Below, piece after piece: positions 62,391 through 64,000 of a DNA stretch of 64,000 nucleotides. Under the pieces are notes generated by a model that was not told where the DNA came from, ran no database searches, and saw only the letters and a list, made by a program, of their open reading frames with translations. A program made the translations under genes and the position numbers. Numbering within the stretch: position 1 is the stretch's first letter; the number at the start of each line of letters is the position of its first letter. The stretch is from Scyliorhinus canicula (taxonomy: Eukaryota): the NCBI RefSeq assembly GCF_902713615.1, contig NC_052158.1, forward strand, positions 49,515,531 to 49,579,530, written 5' to 3'.

Positions 62391-62733
62391 CAGCACGGTC
62401 AGCACGGTAGCATGGTGGTTAGCATAAATGCTTCACAGCTCCAGGGTCCCAGGTTCGATTCCCGGCTGGGTCACTGTCTGTGCGGAGTCTGCATGTTCTC
62501 CCCGTGTGTGCGTGGGTTTCCTCCGGGTGCTCCGGTTTCCTCCCACAGTCCAAAGATGTGCGGGTTAGGTGGATTGGCCATGCTAAATTGCCCGTAGTGT
62601 CCTAAAAAGTAAGGTTAAGGGGGGGGTTGTTGGGTTACGGGTATAGGCTGGATACGTGGGTTTGAGTAGGGTGATCATTGCTCGGCACAACATCGAGGGC
62701 CGGAGGGCCTGTTCTGTGCTGTACTGTTCTATC
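62391..62733 (+). mobile_element. Young HE1-type V-SINE in a CR1 5'UTR
   Basis: Full head (duplicated CAGCACGGT), V-domain and tail. Confidence 0.9.
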
Positions 62734-62988
62734 TAACTCCAATTGGCTTTATTGGTTGGCCAATTGGAGTATGAGCTCCCTCAATGATAGCTCATTGAGG
62801 GGGGCTATATAAGCACCTGTGTAGGCTTTGTGACCCAGTCTTAAGTTGACTGGACTGCTAGCAGCACTGTTCGTAGCTGCTCCTGTAATATCATTATTGT
62901 AAATACATGTTGGTGTGGTAACGGAACTCCTGCCTCCCGTGGATTACTACAAAATTGTAGCTGTATAAGTTTACCTAAGGTTTAAGAC

Positions 62989-63926
62989 ATGGCAGGAGAT
63001 CCCAGACCTGTGTCATGCTCCTCATGTGCGATGTGGGAGCTCAGGGACAGGTCCACTGTCCCTGGCTCTTTCGCGTGCAGGACGTGTGTTCAGTTGCAGC
63101 TCCTGTTAGACCACTTGACGGCTCTGGAGCTGCGGATGGACTCACTTTGGAGCATCCGCGATGCTGAGGAGGTCGTGGATAGCACGTTTAGCAAGTTGGT
63201 CACACCGCAGGTAAAAGTTACTGAGGGAGATAGCAAATGGGTGACCACAAGACAGAGCAAGAGTAGGAAGGCAGTGCAGGTGTCCTCTGCGGTCATCTCC
63301 CTGAAAAACTGATATACCGCTTTGGATACTGTTGGGGGAGATGGCTCACCAGGGGAAGGCAGTAGCAGCCAGGTTCATGGCACCGTGGCTGGCTCTGCTG
63401 TGCAGCAGGGCAGGAAGAAAAATGGCAGGGCTATAGTGATCGGGGACTCGATCGTAAGGGGAATAGACAGGCGGTTCTGTGGATGCAATCGAGACTCCAG
63501 GTTGGTATGTTGCTTCCCTGGTGCAAGGGTCAAGGATTTCTCGGAGCGGCTGCAGGACATTCTGGGGGGGGGGGAGGGTGAACAGCCAGCTGTCGTGGTG
63601 CACATAGGCACCAACGATATAGGTAAAAAATGGGATGAGGTCCGACAAGCTGAATTCAGGGAGTTAGGAGTTAATCTAAAAAGTAGGACCTAAAAGGTAG
63701 AAATCTCAGGATTGCTACCAGTGCCACAAGCTAGTCAGAGTAGATAGATAGGATGAATACGTGGCTCGAGAGATGGTGCAAGAGGGAGGGATTCAAATTC
63801 CTGGGGCATTGGGACCGGTTCTGGGGGAGGTGGGACCAGTACAAACCGGACGGTCTGCACCCGGGCAGAACTGGAACCGATGTCCTAGATGTTTGCTAGA
63901 GCTGTTGGGGAGGGTTTAAACTAATG
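62989..63926 (+). pseudogene. CR1 ORF1 (Cys motif/leucine zipper + SGNH esterase), disrupted
   Basis: CSSCAMWE...CRTCVQLQLL; IVIGDSIVRG, FPGARV, VVHIGTND, DGLH. Confidence 0.9.
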
Positions 63927-64000
63927 TGACAGGGGGATGGGAACCGATGCAGGAAGTTGGAAGGTAGTAAAACAGGGACAGAAGCAAAAGGAAGTAAGGG

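Noticed and set aside
62343-62597. Recurrent MVVSINASQLQGPRFDSRLGHCLCG ORFs (also 26005, 31411, 37250, 38507)
   Set aside because: Chance translation of the non-coding HE1 SINE

Overview
Eukaryotic, repeat-dense vertebrate DNA, most consistent with a shark/elasmobranch genome (inferred from HE1-type tRNA-derived V-SINEs, HER1/CR1 LINEs and Harbinger elements; no prokaryotic features, no CRISPR). Main contents: (1) an 8.56-kb epsilon/gamma-like endogenous retrovirus (4905-13462). Its two 576-bp LTRs look identical by eye, but gag/pol/env are decayed. It also has a 2H-phosphoesterase-like domain between protease and RT, a hairpin array in the leader and an apparent 2-bp TSD. (2) A minus-strand C2H2 zinc-finger cluster without recognisable KRAB: one intact 21-finger ORF, one 6-finger copy and remnants. 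Three near-identical promoter/first-exon modules and a fourth inverted, deleted copy accompany it. (3) A full-length L1-clade LINE with TSD. (4) A decayed Harbinger element, two Gypsy remnants, many CR1 fragments and SINEs, a tRNA-Lys(CTT) copy fused to a SINE, and a Penelope-like palindrome with hammerhead-like motifs. Boundaries of old repeats are approximate; family names come from motif recognition, not database searches.
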